A stretch of 64,000 nucleotides of DNA, from assembly GCA_032718475.1 (NCBI GenBank), contig JAUCBJ010006780.1, positions 1 to 64,000 on the forward strand, read 5' to 3'. Source of the DNA: Nemertoderma westbladi. Taxonomy: Eukaryota > Animalia > Xenacoelomorpha. The notes beneath the pieces are model-generated. The model made no database searches. It saw only the letters and a list, made by a program, of their open reading frames with translations, and had not been told where the DNA came from. Numbering within the stretch: the first letter of the stretch is position 1; each line of letters starts with the position of its first letter. Position numbers and translations under genes: made by a program. Below, piece after piece: positions 12,601-25,820 of the stretch.

Positions 12601-15600
12601 TATCACATTGTTATTTTCCTGACAAAATATATTTTTTCAGAATCTCTACACCCCCAGGGGGTTAAATTATATTTAATAACAAAGTATTTAAAAAATTATT
12701 AGCACAATTATTTAGATATAATAATAATAAATATATAAAAATATATTTAGCCCCACTTTTCACGGCAAAGTTTCCCAGAAAGTGAAACTTTATGTTGTCA
12801 CTGGATTAAAAACTTTCTGGTTTCATATGCAGAAATTATCGCTCTTTCTAACTATCACTATGCCAAATTCTCAAAGTTAATTTCAAAATTCAACAAATTT
12901 CAAAAATCATGTGCGGGACATTGGTCAATATGGTTGGCATGGACCCATATACTAAATGATTCTTTGGCTCTATAATCTGTAGTACTTAGTATAATAACTT
13001 GACGAACCAAGTCGTCCTTTGATAGTTATCACACCACACAGTACTGATCCGTACTGACAGTACGGATCCGGAATCAGGTGAGGACCTTCGAATACGTAAG
13101 GGAAAGGCATGGGCAGCCTTGAATAGGCTTTCCAGGATTTGGAAGTCATCGAGAATTAATCGGAAACTTAAGGTCCGATTATTTAGAGCAGCAGTAGTTC
13201 CAGTACTCCTCTATGGGAGTCCATGCTGGGCTCTAACTGTTGAGGACACCAAATCTCTGGATGGCACATTCACAAGAATGCTACGCCGGGTTCATTGTGT
13301 CAAGTACAATGCACACATCTCCAACCAGACACTATATAACATTGGAGGTGTCTCATTGGTTCCCCCAAGCTTGACACTAGAACAAAGTCGCCTCCGCTTT
13401 GCAGGACATTGCTTTCGGCGTGAGGACCAGCCAGTGCATAATCTTGTACTTTGGCAGCCTCATGGAGTGAATAAGCATGGTGGACAGCCCATGACTTTCT
13501 TGAGACGCATCTTAAAGGACACTGGCCTTGAAGATGCGGATGATCTAGCAAATGTAATGGGTGATAGGGAGTTGTGGCGGCGCAATTTTGTCGACAAGCC
13601 GGCACAGCATTATTAAAAATGCAGCTGCAATGCAGCATGCCTATCGTGGTAGTACACAGTACTGTAAAACTAAGAAGATATATTTATTACCTTATGAATA
13701 CCCCTAGTCATAAAGTGGTGCGCATTACAGTTAAAACATAAACTTGTTTTTATTAATCCCGGTGAACCAGAAACCTACCCAGATAATTATTTTGTAAAAT
13801 ACCGGAGACCAGAGCCAGAGATTATAGACTGTGTTTGTTTTGCACTTACAATTAATTGACTATAGCACAGCCACAAACAGGTACATTCGTTTTTAACTAT
13901 TAACTATATTTATATGGTTAATGGCATGCATTTAGTATTCAATAATTTAATACGAGTCCGATATTATTGATCGTTTTAAATTATTTTTGCCATTCTGAAT
14001 TATTCGATTAATATTTATTGGTTGATTTAAAACATTTTTGTTGAATTATTTTGCTTGATATTATATAATTTATCATATCATAATCATTATATATTATCAG
14101 AGTAAAACGCGGATCTGGTTCAGGATTCTACATATTGTCCCCACGGAAGTCGATTTTTTTTACATTTTTATAACTCCCAAAAATAAAACTATAACCTGTT
14201 CTATTGACACCTGTTTTATTGTTTTGGTTAAAATAACATGCCACTGTTACCTGTTCCTTTCCCTTAATTGATAATTTTGGAATCCGGATCCGGATCCGCG
14301 TTTTACACCTACCCGATATTATTGCATTACTGATTTATATAAATAACAGTTGAATTATTTCAACCGATAATTAGCGGTTGAAATAATTCATCTATTAAAT
14401 AAATCAATATGCAATAATATCATCAAATCAAAATAATTCAAAAAAATAATAATTATTAAAATCATTCAAAATAATATACGGTTTTGTTAATAAATTATTT
14501 ATTATATTAAATCTATACACCCCCAGTCGGTCGGGGTAAATCAGCAATACTATGTAGCTAGAGTTGATAAAGGGGGCTCTGTGGGCAAGTAAGGGCGTGG
14601 TATCGGTCGCTAGACGAGTTGATAAAGGGGGGCTCTGTGGGCAAGTAAGGGCGTGGTATCGGTCGTTAGTCGAGTTGGGACATAAAATCTACATATACAT
14701 ACTGAGGTTGGAGAGCCGAAAGAGGTAGTTGAACAGAGTTTGTGATGGAAGCCGTGGGATGTAAATCTTGTTATTAAATGTCGGTTTTTCTGGTTACTGT
14801 TTTTCCAAGTATTTGACTTAAATGCCGGTCCTAATAGGTAGAGTTGTTGGTTGAAAATTTTCGTTGCGATCAGATTGATGTTGTTTGTAGAGTTCTAGAA
14901 CGTCAGCAGAGTTAAATTGTATGTGGGTGTTGAGTAGAATGTCGTTGATGAAGGTTTGTTGGTTAGTTAGTTGAGTGCAAGTGTGGAGGAAGAGGATATA
15001 TGCAAGCCGAGAAGTCGTTTGATGAAGGTGGTCTTAATTTTGTTGAGGTCTTTAATTTGGGACGTATGGACCGACCGATTTCAATTAATGCGTGTGTGCA
15101 AAAGGGAGCGATTTTCATATCAAATAATATAATTCCATTTTCTACAGATACCAGATGTAAGTTGTTCAAACAGCCGATGGCGGCGTTGGACTTTTACATT
15201 TAACGTGTTTGGTGAATGTCAAAGTGGGCTGGAGTGAACCCCCTAAATACTCGTAGTGGTCACTGATCTTTATTGGTTTTCCGCCGTAATGAAATTTATC
15301 GTAAAGCAAGTTAGGCGGCCCCCGTTTCGGAATTTAACTATTTTTGTTTTGATAAGGTTTACATCTAGAGAGTTCTGTATACACCAAATGTGAAGGTTGT
15401 CTAGTCCGTGTCTCAGAAGTCTCTGTTTCAACTCTAGTTTGCACATTATTAGTTTAAATATACTTTTACAGTTAATTGGAATTTGCTGAGGTGACCTCCG
15501 CACGGATGCGGATTTTACAGTATAAAAGAAGAAACTCCAGTACTCATTTAGCTAGAAGAAAGGTAGAGATGCGCCATGGCTAAACCCTATATATCAAGCA

Positions 15601-17809
15601 TTCGTGCTGAAACGAAAACTCCATTAGCCCCCATGCAGGGGTTGAACCCACGACCTACAGTAAGGTCGTGATTTAATTGATTTAACCACTACATAACGGT
15701 TTGATAAAATAAGTTACTGATGAACTCACCTTGTCCTCAGGAATGACACGACCCCGGTATCCGCAGTATCTCCCCACCGAACCGACTTCCGGGACTTCTT
15801 CTTGGTCGACTGGGCGACCTTGGGCGACTCATCCCCGGGTTCGCTGGTGGATTCCTCGATACGAGACGCGAGTAAACCCAACGAGACGGGGGCCCGACTC
15901 AACTGGGTGACGCGCGTATCTATAGACGGCCGCGTGCGCGTGTCCTTGGCGAATAGATCGCTGCGAGAAGCGTTGCGTCGCATTAAACTCGTGTTACTCG
16001 AGATCGAAGTAAAAAACTGCGAGGAGAAATCTTCCTCGGCGGATATTACGTCGAGTAGGGCGGAGCAACGGGTGGAGACGTCCGGTACGGGGACATCGGC
16101 TACGGCTAGGGGGCGCGGTAACTCCGTGGGGAGGATGGAGGAGCAACCGGAAGAGGAATCGTCGTCGTCCGTAGCCGGAGGCGACGAGGGGAGAGCGAAA
16201 CTCGAGGAGTCGTCCGCGGACCAATCGTGGTCGCCGATACCGGAAGTACCGGCGATGAACTCTCGGGATTGCGTGAAGAACCAGCGGACTGCCTTACAGA
16301 TCATCTTGGAGCGCTCTTCCGCAAGGAGAGAGATAACAGTGGCGAAGGAGACAGTATAAACCCCGTCCAGGGTGTTGTACAGGGCGTTGGATTGGGTGGG
16401 ATGGGGGGAGTGTACCAGGATAGAAGGGCCGCGGAACGGATGGCACAGGGAGTAGGACGGGGAAGAGAGACTGAGGTGTTTACTCGAGTCGATTAATATG
16501 TTGAATTCCTCGAGGCCTCGAGTAGAGTTCCACAGGAGATTGTCGGGAACCTGACAGAGACTAAAAACAGATATTAAATAATATAACTTCGATGAAATGG
16601 TAATTCTGTAGTGTCTGTAGCTCAATAAACAGCGTTCAGACAAACAGGTACCGGTACTAAAGCTTGAATAAAAACACTGGAACTCACCTGGTGTGTGCGA
16701 AAACCTGGAGACCCAACCGGAGTAGATGAGACAACCAATAGAGAGTGGAGTCCCTGATTGTGGAGAGAGTGGATCTGATGGATTCTAGTTGGGGGAACAT
16801 CCCCGCGTGGTAGGAGTTGAGTAATGGTTGGGTGAGTAGACGCTGTTGTATGGAGGTCCAGTGGTCCATATGGATGCGGGTGTCCTCGCATACAGACACC
16901 AGGTACTCCAGACGAGACTCCATCTCATCAGGGTCTGAGTCTCCATGGAGTAGAGAATTACATAACTAGAACAGGGGAATAAAAGTGGTGTATGTGTCAG
17001 CCCTTAATTAATAATCACACCAGGTGGTATATGGAATCCCCCCTCTCCATTTTACTATGCTTCTAAAGTTTTCTGCTTTATAAATGCACTTTACATTAAA
17101 ATGACACCTTGTTAATAACATAATATTCATGAGGTTTTACATGCTGCCAATGTTTTGTCATATATAGGCCTATATACTGATACAGTACAGATAGATATAC
17201 TTGCAAAGCGAACTACTAATGTACTTGGCTGTAGGGCGCACCCTATGAATAATTTAATAGGCCTATTATTGCCCCGCAAGGCGCAAACCTTGTCTGTTGT
17301 AAAATTCGTTAAAACAATGTTATTGTGAGATAAACAATTCGAATATCAAAGAAAATTCGCCTAATTTCTAACCAGTTGACTGGTTGAGAGAGTATCTCAA
17401 GCTCAACTACACTCGCACTAACCTTCGATTCAACTTGTACAATCCCTTGTAGTTCTTGGAGGTAATTTTGCGCCTGAACAATAATAACATAACATTCGCG
17501 TTGGAACATTAACATTGCTCGGTGGGTAACCAACTGCCTCAAACGAGCCAACTGAATTCCCAACTGCTTACTATGGGGGCAATGAGTAAAGAACGTTGAT
17601 GATAACAACTGTTTTCTCAAAACGCAATAACCATCCGGCATCAGAGGTTCAAATATTTGCCTCATGTTATTGCACTGGGCTTCAACTTCCTCAGGGTTGA
17701 TTACTGGCACTTCTAATGTTTCTGCACGAATTGAAGCCATGCTACTGTCTTCTCCTATCGTCGCCTGTCGTTTCAACAAGGATGAGCGACCTAATCCCAT
17801 ATAATCCAT
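9606..17809 (-). CDS. CCDC142: Coiled-coil domain-containing protein 142 homolog, 5 coding exons, ~964 aa
   Basis: Exons 17809-17423, 16965-16688, 16560-15730, 11341-10886 and 10548-9606. All junctions are GT-AG and phase-consistent (2895 nt). The C-terminal WLDHIL..KVKFSLYGALQLQLDF...LLSLDMFEQLQGVMNVLLEQP resembles the recalled CCDC142 motif WLDHIL...IRFSLQGALQLKQDF. An acceptor at 17818 implies an upstream 5' UTR exon. Confidence 0.88.
11545..12946. mobile_element. Non-autonomous TIR DNA transposon (4-bp TSD, Sola-like) in CCDC142 intron 3
   Basis: TIRs GGGTTAATGCCAACCATATTGACCAA / TTGGTCAATATGGTTGGCATGGACCC, ATAT on both flanks, and internal GTCCCATA motifs. Confidence 0.8.
13047..13653 (+). 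mobile_element. 5'-truncated RTE-clade LINE (C-terminal part of ORF2 plus 3' UTR)
   Basis: ORF 13119-13616 (KLKVRLFRAAVVPVLLYGSPCW, RLRFAGHCFR, DRELWR) is typical of the RTE post-RT region. 11-bp TSD ACACAGTACTG at 13036-13046 and 13654-13664. Confidence 0.9.
14099..14315. mobile_element. MITE with GTAAAACGCGGATC.GG TIRs; its right end (CCTACCCG) resembles the inner MULE terminus
   Basis: Inverted repeats at 14102-14128 vs 14280-14306. Confidence 0.6.
14530..15440 (-). pseudogene. Decayed RTE-X/CR1-like LINE reverse transcriptase fragment
   Basis: Minus-strand fragments LDNLHIWCIQNSLDVNLIKTKIVKFRNGG, EYLGV and LFDMKIAP match the end of a LINE RT domain. The reading frame is disrupted and the boundaries are approximate. 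Confidence 0.7.
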
Positions 17810-19039
17810 AGCAGATGCTGAGATGAGCAGTAGAAAAGAAACTACAATGAACAATGTCCTAGGAATCTTTAACCTCTACAGTCTACTGCTGTACTGGTCT
17901 ACCTCCGGGCTCCAGCTGTCAGGCTATCCGTGTCCGTGTCCGTGTCCGTCCGCCCACCTGTCCACCCTCAAACCGTCCAGACAGCCAGAATGGCAATGTC
18001 TGTGCTCGTCTGCCAGTGGTGCCGCGCATCCGGGCCAGGCACCAGGTGAAATAACGATATTAGGCCTCGCCAATTATTTATTTAATTTAGACAATATGCC
18101 TACCTGACTGAATACAGGAATAGGCCTACCGGCTGACCGGTACCGGTACGGCATACGGTACCCCCGTCTCGTCTGCCCGTATTCTGAGGGTGACAGAAAC
18201 AGACCGAACTGCCGAATGTAATTTATTTATTTATTTATTTATTCATTATCTAAATTCAACACAGTAAAAGTAAAATATTGTATGTGTTTAACATCCATAA
18301 ATATCCATAAAATAAACATCCGTAAAATATTAAATTTGTAATAACGGGAGAAGTTATCAGGCAATATTAAATGCACTTAAGATAACCTACAGTACATAAT
18401 GTCTGAATGTTCACCCCAATAATATCGATTTGGACAGTTGGAGTACATTAATAAAATATACTCAGATAATAAAATTTGCACAAATGATAAAATTTACACA
18501 ACTATCAAAACTTACACAAATATTAAAATTTACACAAATATTAAAATTTACACAAATATTTACATTTACAAATGATAAAAATCATTGTGCACCATCAAAT
18601 GAACAAAAGCGACTAAATCTTATTGTAGATAGGCTACATTGTTTATGAAAAACATGTATTTTTGTGTTTGTTTGTGTAATTTTTTGTATTTTTTTGTGCT
18701 ATTTTGTGTTTTGTTTGGGTAATATTGTGTTTTTTTGGGTAATTCGTAGGACCCTATTCATTTCTACATTGTCTATACTGCTATAGGCCTATATGAAAAG
18801 ACTCTGATATTTTTCTCAAATTTCCCGTTTTCCTCGGGAAAAAATACGGGAAATTTGTTTCCCAATCTTTAGCCTATTCAAAATTTTTCTTCGAATATTC
18901 ATTAGGCCTACCCCGTAGGCCTACTGCATCGTTCCACTATGTATGAAAAGACTCTGATATTTTTCACAAATTTCCCGGTCTCCTCGGGGAAATAGCGGGA
19001 AAAAAGACAGGAAAAATTTTCACAAAAATTGGGGTCCTA

Positions 19040-20305
19040 CTAATTACCCCAACCTACCCCAACCTACCACAAACTACCACAATCTACCACAATCTACCCC
19101 AATAATTCGATACAGGCATCTAATTACCACAATATTATTTTACAATGGCATCTAATTACCACAATATACAGAACTCAAGTGTCTATTTACCACAAGACTA
19201 ACTGCGCATCTAATTACCACAATATACAGAACGCAAGTGTCTAATTACCACAATACTATACAGCGTCTAATTACCACAATATACAGAACGCAAGTGTCTA
19301 ATTACCACAACACTATACTGCGTCTAATTACCACAATATACAGAACGCAAGTGTCTAATTACCACAACACTATACTGCGTCTAATTACCACAACACTATA
19401 CTGCGTCTAATTACCACAATATACAGAACGCGAGTGTCTAATTACCACAACACTATACTGCGTCTAATTACCACAACCTATACTGCGTCTAATTACCACA
19501 ATATACAGAATGCAAGTATCTATTTACCACAACACTACACTGCATCTAATTACCACAATATACAGAACTCAAGTGTCTATTTACCACACGACTATACTGC
19601 GTCTAATTACCACAAGACTATACTGCGTCTAATTACCACAATCTATTTACGAACAAGACTACACTGCACACTGCATCTAATTACCACAATATTATTTTAC
19701 AATGGCATCTAATTACCACAATATACAGAACGCAAGTGTCTATTTACCACAAGACTATACTGCGTCTAATTACCACAACACTATACTGCGTCTAATTACC
19801 ACAACACTATACTGCGTCTAATTACCACAACACTATACTGCGTCTAATTACCACAATCTATTTACCACAAGACTACACTGCATCTAATTACCACAATATT
19901 ATTTTACAATGGCATCTAATTACCACAATATACAGAATGCAAGTGTCTAATTACCACAACACTATACTGCGTCTAATTACCACAATCTATTTACGAACAA
20001 GACTACTGCACACTGCATCTAATTACCACAATATTATTTTACAATGGCATCTAATTACCACAATATACAGAAAGCAAGTCTCTAATTACCACAACACTAT
20101 ACTGCGTCTAATTACCACAATATTCAGAACGCAGTGTCTATTTACCACAAGACCACACTGCATCTAATTGCCACAATATACAGAATGCAAGAGTGTCTAA
20201 TTACCACAATATACAGTACGGTAGTTATTAATATTCAGTGTCTAATTACCGCAAGACTTCACTAACGTCTAATTACCACAATATACAGAACTCAAGTGTC
20301 TAATC
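19040..20305. repeat. CTAATTACCACAA-based complex minisatellite (left MULE arm); inverted copy at ~24930-25640
   Basis: The repeated core motif is visible, with its reverse complement TTGTGGTAATTAG in the right arm. Confidence 0.9.
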
Positions 20306-21722
20306 ACGGGTAGGACTAAAAACCCAAACGGACCCAAACGGTAACCCAAACGGTGGAATACGGAGTTATATCAACAGATGTTATAGTTGCCACAACGGGG
20401 AAACAATTATACGATTATACGAAAAATAATTACAGTAATGCAGCTTTTTGTGTTTTACATTCATGAAGAACACAAAAAACGGTGCCAAGCCCGTATAAAT
20501 GCAGAGGCTCATCTAACAACCACGCTACTTTACACGTATATGATATACAATGGAAATCATTATGTATAAAGTAGCGCTTTATTTATACGGGGGGGGGGGG
20601 GGGGGGGGCTGAAAGCAATTGGAGAATTGATATCTCGTTTCAATGGTAAAGCATCCAATTAAGGGAGAGGAGCTAGTTAAACTGCTACGTTATTCTAACC
20701 AAAACAATAAACTAATGTCAATCGAACATGGTTAAGGTATTAGTTTTGGAAGTAATCAGTTGTTATTTCTGTAAATATCGTTTGTATCGAAAGACCCCCC
20801 TATTTAAAGTACTGTATACTTAGTTATTGAAATAAAAAGTATTTATTGTTGGGTGTTGTAGTTAAAGTTGCCGCCCTCTGGAAACAATCGCCACAACAGA
20901 TGTTATAGTTGCCCCAACGGAAGAAACAATCGCCACTACGGAGGATATAGTTGCCACAACGGAGGAAACAATCGCCACAACGGGGGACACAATCGCCACA
21001 ACGGGGGACACAATCGCCACAACAGATGTTATACTGTATTTGCTACAACGGGGAAACAATTATACGATTATATGAAATAATAATTACAGTAATGCAGCTT
21101 TTTGTGTTTTACATTCATGAAGAACACAAAAAACGGTGCCAAGCCCGTATAAATGCAGAGGCTCATCTATCAACCACGCTACTTTACACGTATATGATAT
21201 ACAATGGACATCATTATGTACAGTATAAAGTAGCGCTTTATCATTTAATTCCTAATAAAAATAATCTTAGTTCATATAAATCAATTATTGGGGCACAATT
21301 TCAGTATATTACAGTATATCCATAACGAAATCAGTTTATTTCATTTAGTAATAAGTTCTTAGGTAGGTGAGTCTGTCGGTAGGTCAGTTGGTTAGTCTGT
21401 CGGTTGGTCAGTCTGTCATTCAATCTGTCGGTCAGTCTGTTGGTCAGTCTGTCGGTAGGTGAGTTAGTTAGTCTATCGGTCAGTCGGTCGGTTGGTCACT
21501 GGTCACTCTGCCCGTCAGTCTCTCGGTCGGTTGGTCAGTTTGTCAGTCAGTGTGTCGGTCGGTCAGTTTGTTTGTCAGTGGGTCAGTCGGATGGTCAGTC
21601 TGTCGGTCGGTTGGTCAGTCTGTCGGTCAGTCGGTTGGTTGGTCAGACTGTGGGTGGGTCTGTCAGTGTGTACCATCTTAAGTTAGATAGACGGTCGGTC
21701 AGTTCGGCTGACTGAAAATAAA

Positions 21723-23050
21723 TCATCTTTGTATTATGCGGGTGCGCTCGCTTTTGGGACGTTTGCGTTGTTGGGGTTTTTTTGCAGTTCCTTTTCTTCT
21801 AGGCATCGTGAATATTTTATCTTTTGAAAATATTACTTCGGATTCCCCTTTAGGTTGACCAGATCCACTACATGGTAGTCGCTTATGGATAAAGTCCATT
21901 ACCAGCTTATCTTTTTGGGCTTCAGTTTTCTGCAACCAGACGTTGCGAGAAACTCTAAACTTTTGAAATTTATTGGACAAAACGTAATTACCTGTACCAT
22001 ATAGGGCTCGCCTAAGGTCACTCATTTGTAAATCGCTTACTGAGTGTAAATGTCTTATTAGTTCTGGCAATTTCTTTGGATGCCAATCGATAGTGACCTT
22101 TAGTTTATTGTTGATGGACTCGCAGTTATTGTTGGTGCACAGTTTTTCGTGGCAGCCCATTTGGTGTGGAACACAAATATTTTCATACAAGGTATCCCGC
22201 ACATGGGTATCAAAGTACTTATCGAATACTGGGTACTTTGTTAAAAAGGGCATAAGCTCGAATAAACGAGTATTGAACGTATGTTCATCACAACTTTTTG
22301 CAATACCATTCGGACCGAATATAATACCTACAGTATGATAGCATTGCGTTCGTCCCCATCGCAGCCAACTTTATTAATTAGGTATCGACTTATATCGTCT
22401 TTGAGATGTTTACTACAAATAATGTTAGTTGCAGACGGAAAAGCAACTCTAATTGCTTTCGTCAAACCCTTTTCCTGATCGCTTCCTATTCTAACTTCCA
22501 CTGTCCTAGCATCGGTGGTTAGTTTCGTCTTTATATGTGAAAGAAATGGAAAATATGTATTAAATTCGCCGTCCCAATGTAGAAGCATGGGTCCCAAAAA
22601 AATGGGAATTTCTGAATTTTCTTTGCGCGCTAAAGCTTGATTTTTATACACTAAAGTAGTAACAAAAACTGGACCTAAATTAAATGTCCGATCTATTCCT
22701 ATAATACTCGCGCTGTTTCTTTTAAAGTCTTCCAGTTGTTTCTCTGTGTATAGAATAACACTGGGTGGCTTATTTTTTTGATGTATTATTTCCTGAACAA
22801 AAGGATCGCTATGAATGGATGAGATAACACTTAATACATCATCAGCCAAATTGCTTGATACCTGTTCGCATTTCTTTTCAACAAGTTTTCTTTTATTGTT
22901 GTATTTTTTGTTGCGTATTTGGCGAAAGTCTCTCGGCACCTCCATCGAATTATCATTAACCATTGTTTGGTATACAGTACGTGGGCCCTTTGATTCCGCC
23001 TGTTCCCCCGCAACCCTCAAGATTTCTCGATTAGTTCTAATATAAGGGAC
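21723..23050 (-). pseudogene. MULE DDE transposase, 5'-truncated and frameshifted
   Basis: IGIDRTFNLG (D1), GSDQEKGL (D2), ICSKH (CxxH) and TNNNCESIN (E). The two ORFs (22328-23134 and 21723-22253) join in frame if the 5-bp insertion in TACAGTA at 22329-22335 is removed (AIIGIIFGPNG). Confidence 0.88.
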
Positions 23051-25751
23051 AGAACCGACCGACCGAGAGACTGACCTACAGACTGAATGATAAATTTCCC
23101 AACCGACCGACGGACTCACACACAAACTGACCAACCAACCAACAAACTGACCGACAGATTGAATGACAGACTGACCAACCGACTGACAGACAGACTAACC
23201 AACTGACCTACCGACCAATCAACCGACCGACAGACTGAACGACTGACTGACCAACTAACCCACCGACAGACTGACCGACCGACTGACCGACAGACTAACC
23301 AACTGACCTACCGACAGACTCACCTACCTATATACTGTAGAACTTATTACTAAATGAAATAAACTGATTTCGTTATGGATATAATATACTGAAATTGTGC
23401 CCCATTAATTGATTTATATAAACTAAGATTATTTTTATTAGGAATTAAATGATGTTTAAACACAATTCATTTATTGGTTAATTTTATAACTTGCGATAAA
23501 GTATTTAAACTTACAAATTATGTATTTCCTGTGTCTCGTCCGTTTCTGGTACAGTATCCGTAATTCTTCCTTCACCGTTTTCCATTATTTCATAGATGGG
23601 TGGGCCGATTTTATGATTAAGAGTAAAATTTTGCAGAGTAATTAATCACGTCCATTCTGTTGAAATTTGTACGGTACGAGGTTGACATAATTTTGACTCT
23701 TCTCGCTGAAACTCTTCCACGACACGAATAATAACGATGGATTGAAATACATAATTCTTCCACATATTTGCTACTGTAAATGTCGCTTATGTTATAAATA
23801 TCATTCTCCACCACCAATTGTGATAACTGTATGTCCTACAGTAAATTGTGCCCACATATCCCAGAGCACAACAGAACCCTTGCCCTTGGAATTTATTTAC
23901 AAAAGCCCTGCCCTGATAAATGCCCGTTCAGAAATTACACTGTACTTTATTTTATTTTTTTTTATTATAATTTTAGCTTTTGCCAACAATTCCCTCGTCG
24001 ACTGTAAATCCTATAGACGTATTTTATTTGATTTATTAATGTTTGTGTGTAATTAAATTTCATCAATTATAAAGTTGAAACGAGATATAAATTCTCCAAT
24101 TGCTTTCAGCCCCCCCCCCCCCCCCCCCCCGTATAAATAAAGCGCTACTTTATACATAATGATTTCCATTGTATATCATATACGTGTAAAGTAGCGTGGT
24201 TGTTAGATGAGCCTCTGCATTTATACGGGCTTGGCACCGTTTTTTGTGTTCTTCATGAATGTAAAACACAAAAAGCTGCATTACTGTAATTATTATTTCA
24301 TATAATCGTATAATTGTTTCCCCGTTGTAGCAAATACAGTATAACATCTATTGTGGCGATTGTGTCCCCCGTTGTGGCAACTATAGCATCTGTTGTGGCG
24401 ATTGTTTCCTCCATTGTGGCAACTATATCCTCCGTAGTGGCGATTGTTTCTTCCGTTGGGGCAACTATAACATCTGTTGTGGCGATTGTTTCCAGAGGGC
24501 GGCAACTTTAACTACAACACCCAACAATAAATACTTTTTATTCAATAACTAAGTATACAGTAATTTAAATAGGGGGGTCTTTCGATACAAACGATATTTA
24601 CAGAAAAGAAATAACAACTGATTACTTCCAAAACTAATACCTTAACAATGTACCACAAGTGGACATAATGATGTCCATTGTATATCATATACTGTACGTG
24701 TAAAATAGCGTGGTTGATAGATGAGCCTCTGCATTTATACGGGCTTGGCACCGTTTTTTGTGTTCTTCATGAATGTAAAACACAAAAAGCTGCATTACTG
24801 TAATTATTTTTCGTATAATCGTATAATTGTTTCCCCGTTGTGGCAACTATAACATCCTGTTGATATAACTCCGTATTCCACCGTTTGGGTTCGTTTGGGT
24901 GCCGTTTGGGTTTTTAGTCCTACCCGTGATTAGACACTTGAGTTCTGTATATTGTGGTAATTAGACGTTAGTGAAGTTTTGCGGTAATTAGACACTGAAT
25001 ATTAATAACTACCGTACTGTATATTGTGGTAATTAGACACTCTTGCATTCTGTATATTGTGGTAATTAGATGCAGTGTGGTCTTGTGGTAAATAGACACT
25101 ACGTTCTGAATATTGTGGTAATTAGACGCAGTATAGTGTTGTGGTAATTAGACACTTGCATTCTGTATATTGTGGTAATTAGATGCCATTGTAAAATAAT
25201 ATTGTGGTAATTAGATGCAGTGTAGTCTTGTGGTAAATAGATTGTGGTAATTAGACGCAGTATAGTGTTGTGGTAATTAGACGCAGTATAGTCTTGTGGT
25301 TATTAGACGCAGTATAGTCTTGTTGTAATTAGACGCAGTATAGTCTTGTGGTAATTAGACACTTGCGTTCTGTATATTGTGGTAATTAGATGCCATTGTA
25401 AAATAATATTGTGGTAATTAGATGCAGTGTGCAGTGTAGTCTTGTTCGTAAATAGATTGTGGTAATTAGACGCAGTATAGTCTTGTGGTAAATAGACACT
25501 TGAGTTCTGTATATTGTGGTAATTAGATGCCATTGTAAAATAACATTGTGGTAATTAGATGCCTGTATCGAATTGTTGGGGTAGATTGTGGTAGATTGTG
25601 GTAGTTTGTGGTAGGTTGGGGTAGGTTGGGGTAATTAGTAGGACCGCAAAAATTGTAAAGATTTTCGATAAACATTTTCTCAATCAATATTTTTATTATA
25701 CATAACATGTAACAGCATAATCCAGTAATCTGAGTAGACAGACCTATGGTA

Positions 25752-25780
25752 TCTATCTATCTATATATATAAATATCATG

Positions 25781-25820
<40 letters not shown>

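Larger units (their letters stand above)
19032..25646 (-). mobile_element. Foldback-type Mutator-like element (MULE) with kb-long modular TIRs
   Basis: 9-bp TSD CAAAAATTG (19023-19031, 25647-25655). Termini GGGTCCTACTAATTACCCCAACC / GGTTGGGGTAATTAGTAGGACCG. The arms are built of CTAATTACCACAA minisatellite plus unique modules, and there is an internal MULE transposase. Confidence 0.93.

Noticed and set aside
15802-16496. Plus-strand ORFs overlapping CCDC142 exons (also 9754-10005 and 10898-11245)
   Set aside because: They are antisense shadows of GC-rich coding exons, with no splice or motif support.
19434-21715. Repetitive ORFs (SNYHN, HNGGNNR, SVGRSV) and their mirrored copies at 24150-25708
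   Set aside because: They derive from minisatellites and microsatellites in the MULE arms.
23460-24060. Possible 5' exon of the MULE transposase
   Set aside because: No continuous frame or recognisable motif could be joined to the PYIRT start of the conserved region.
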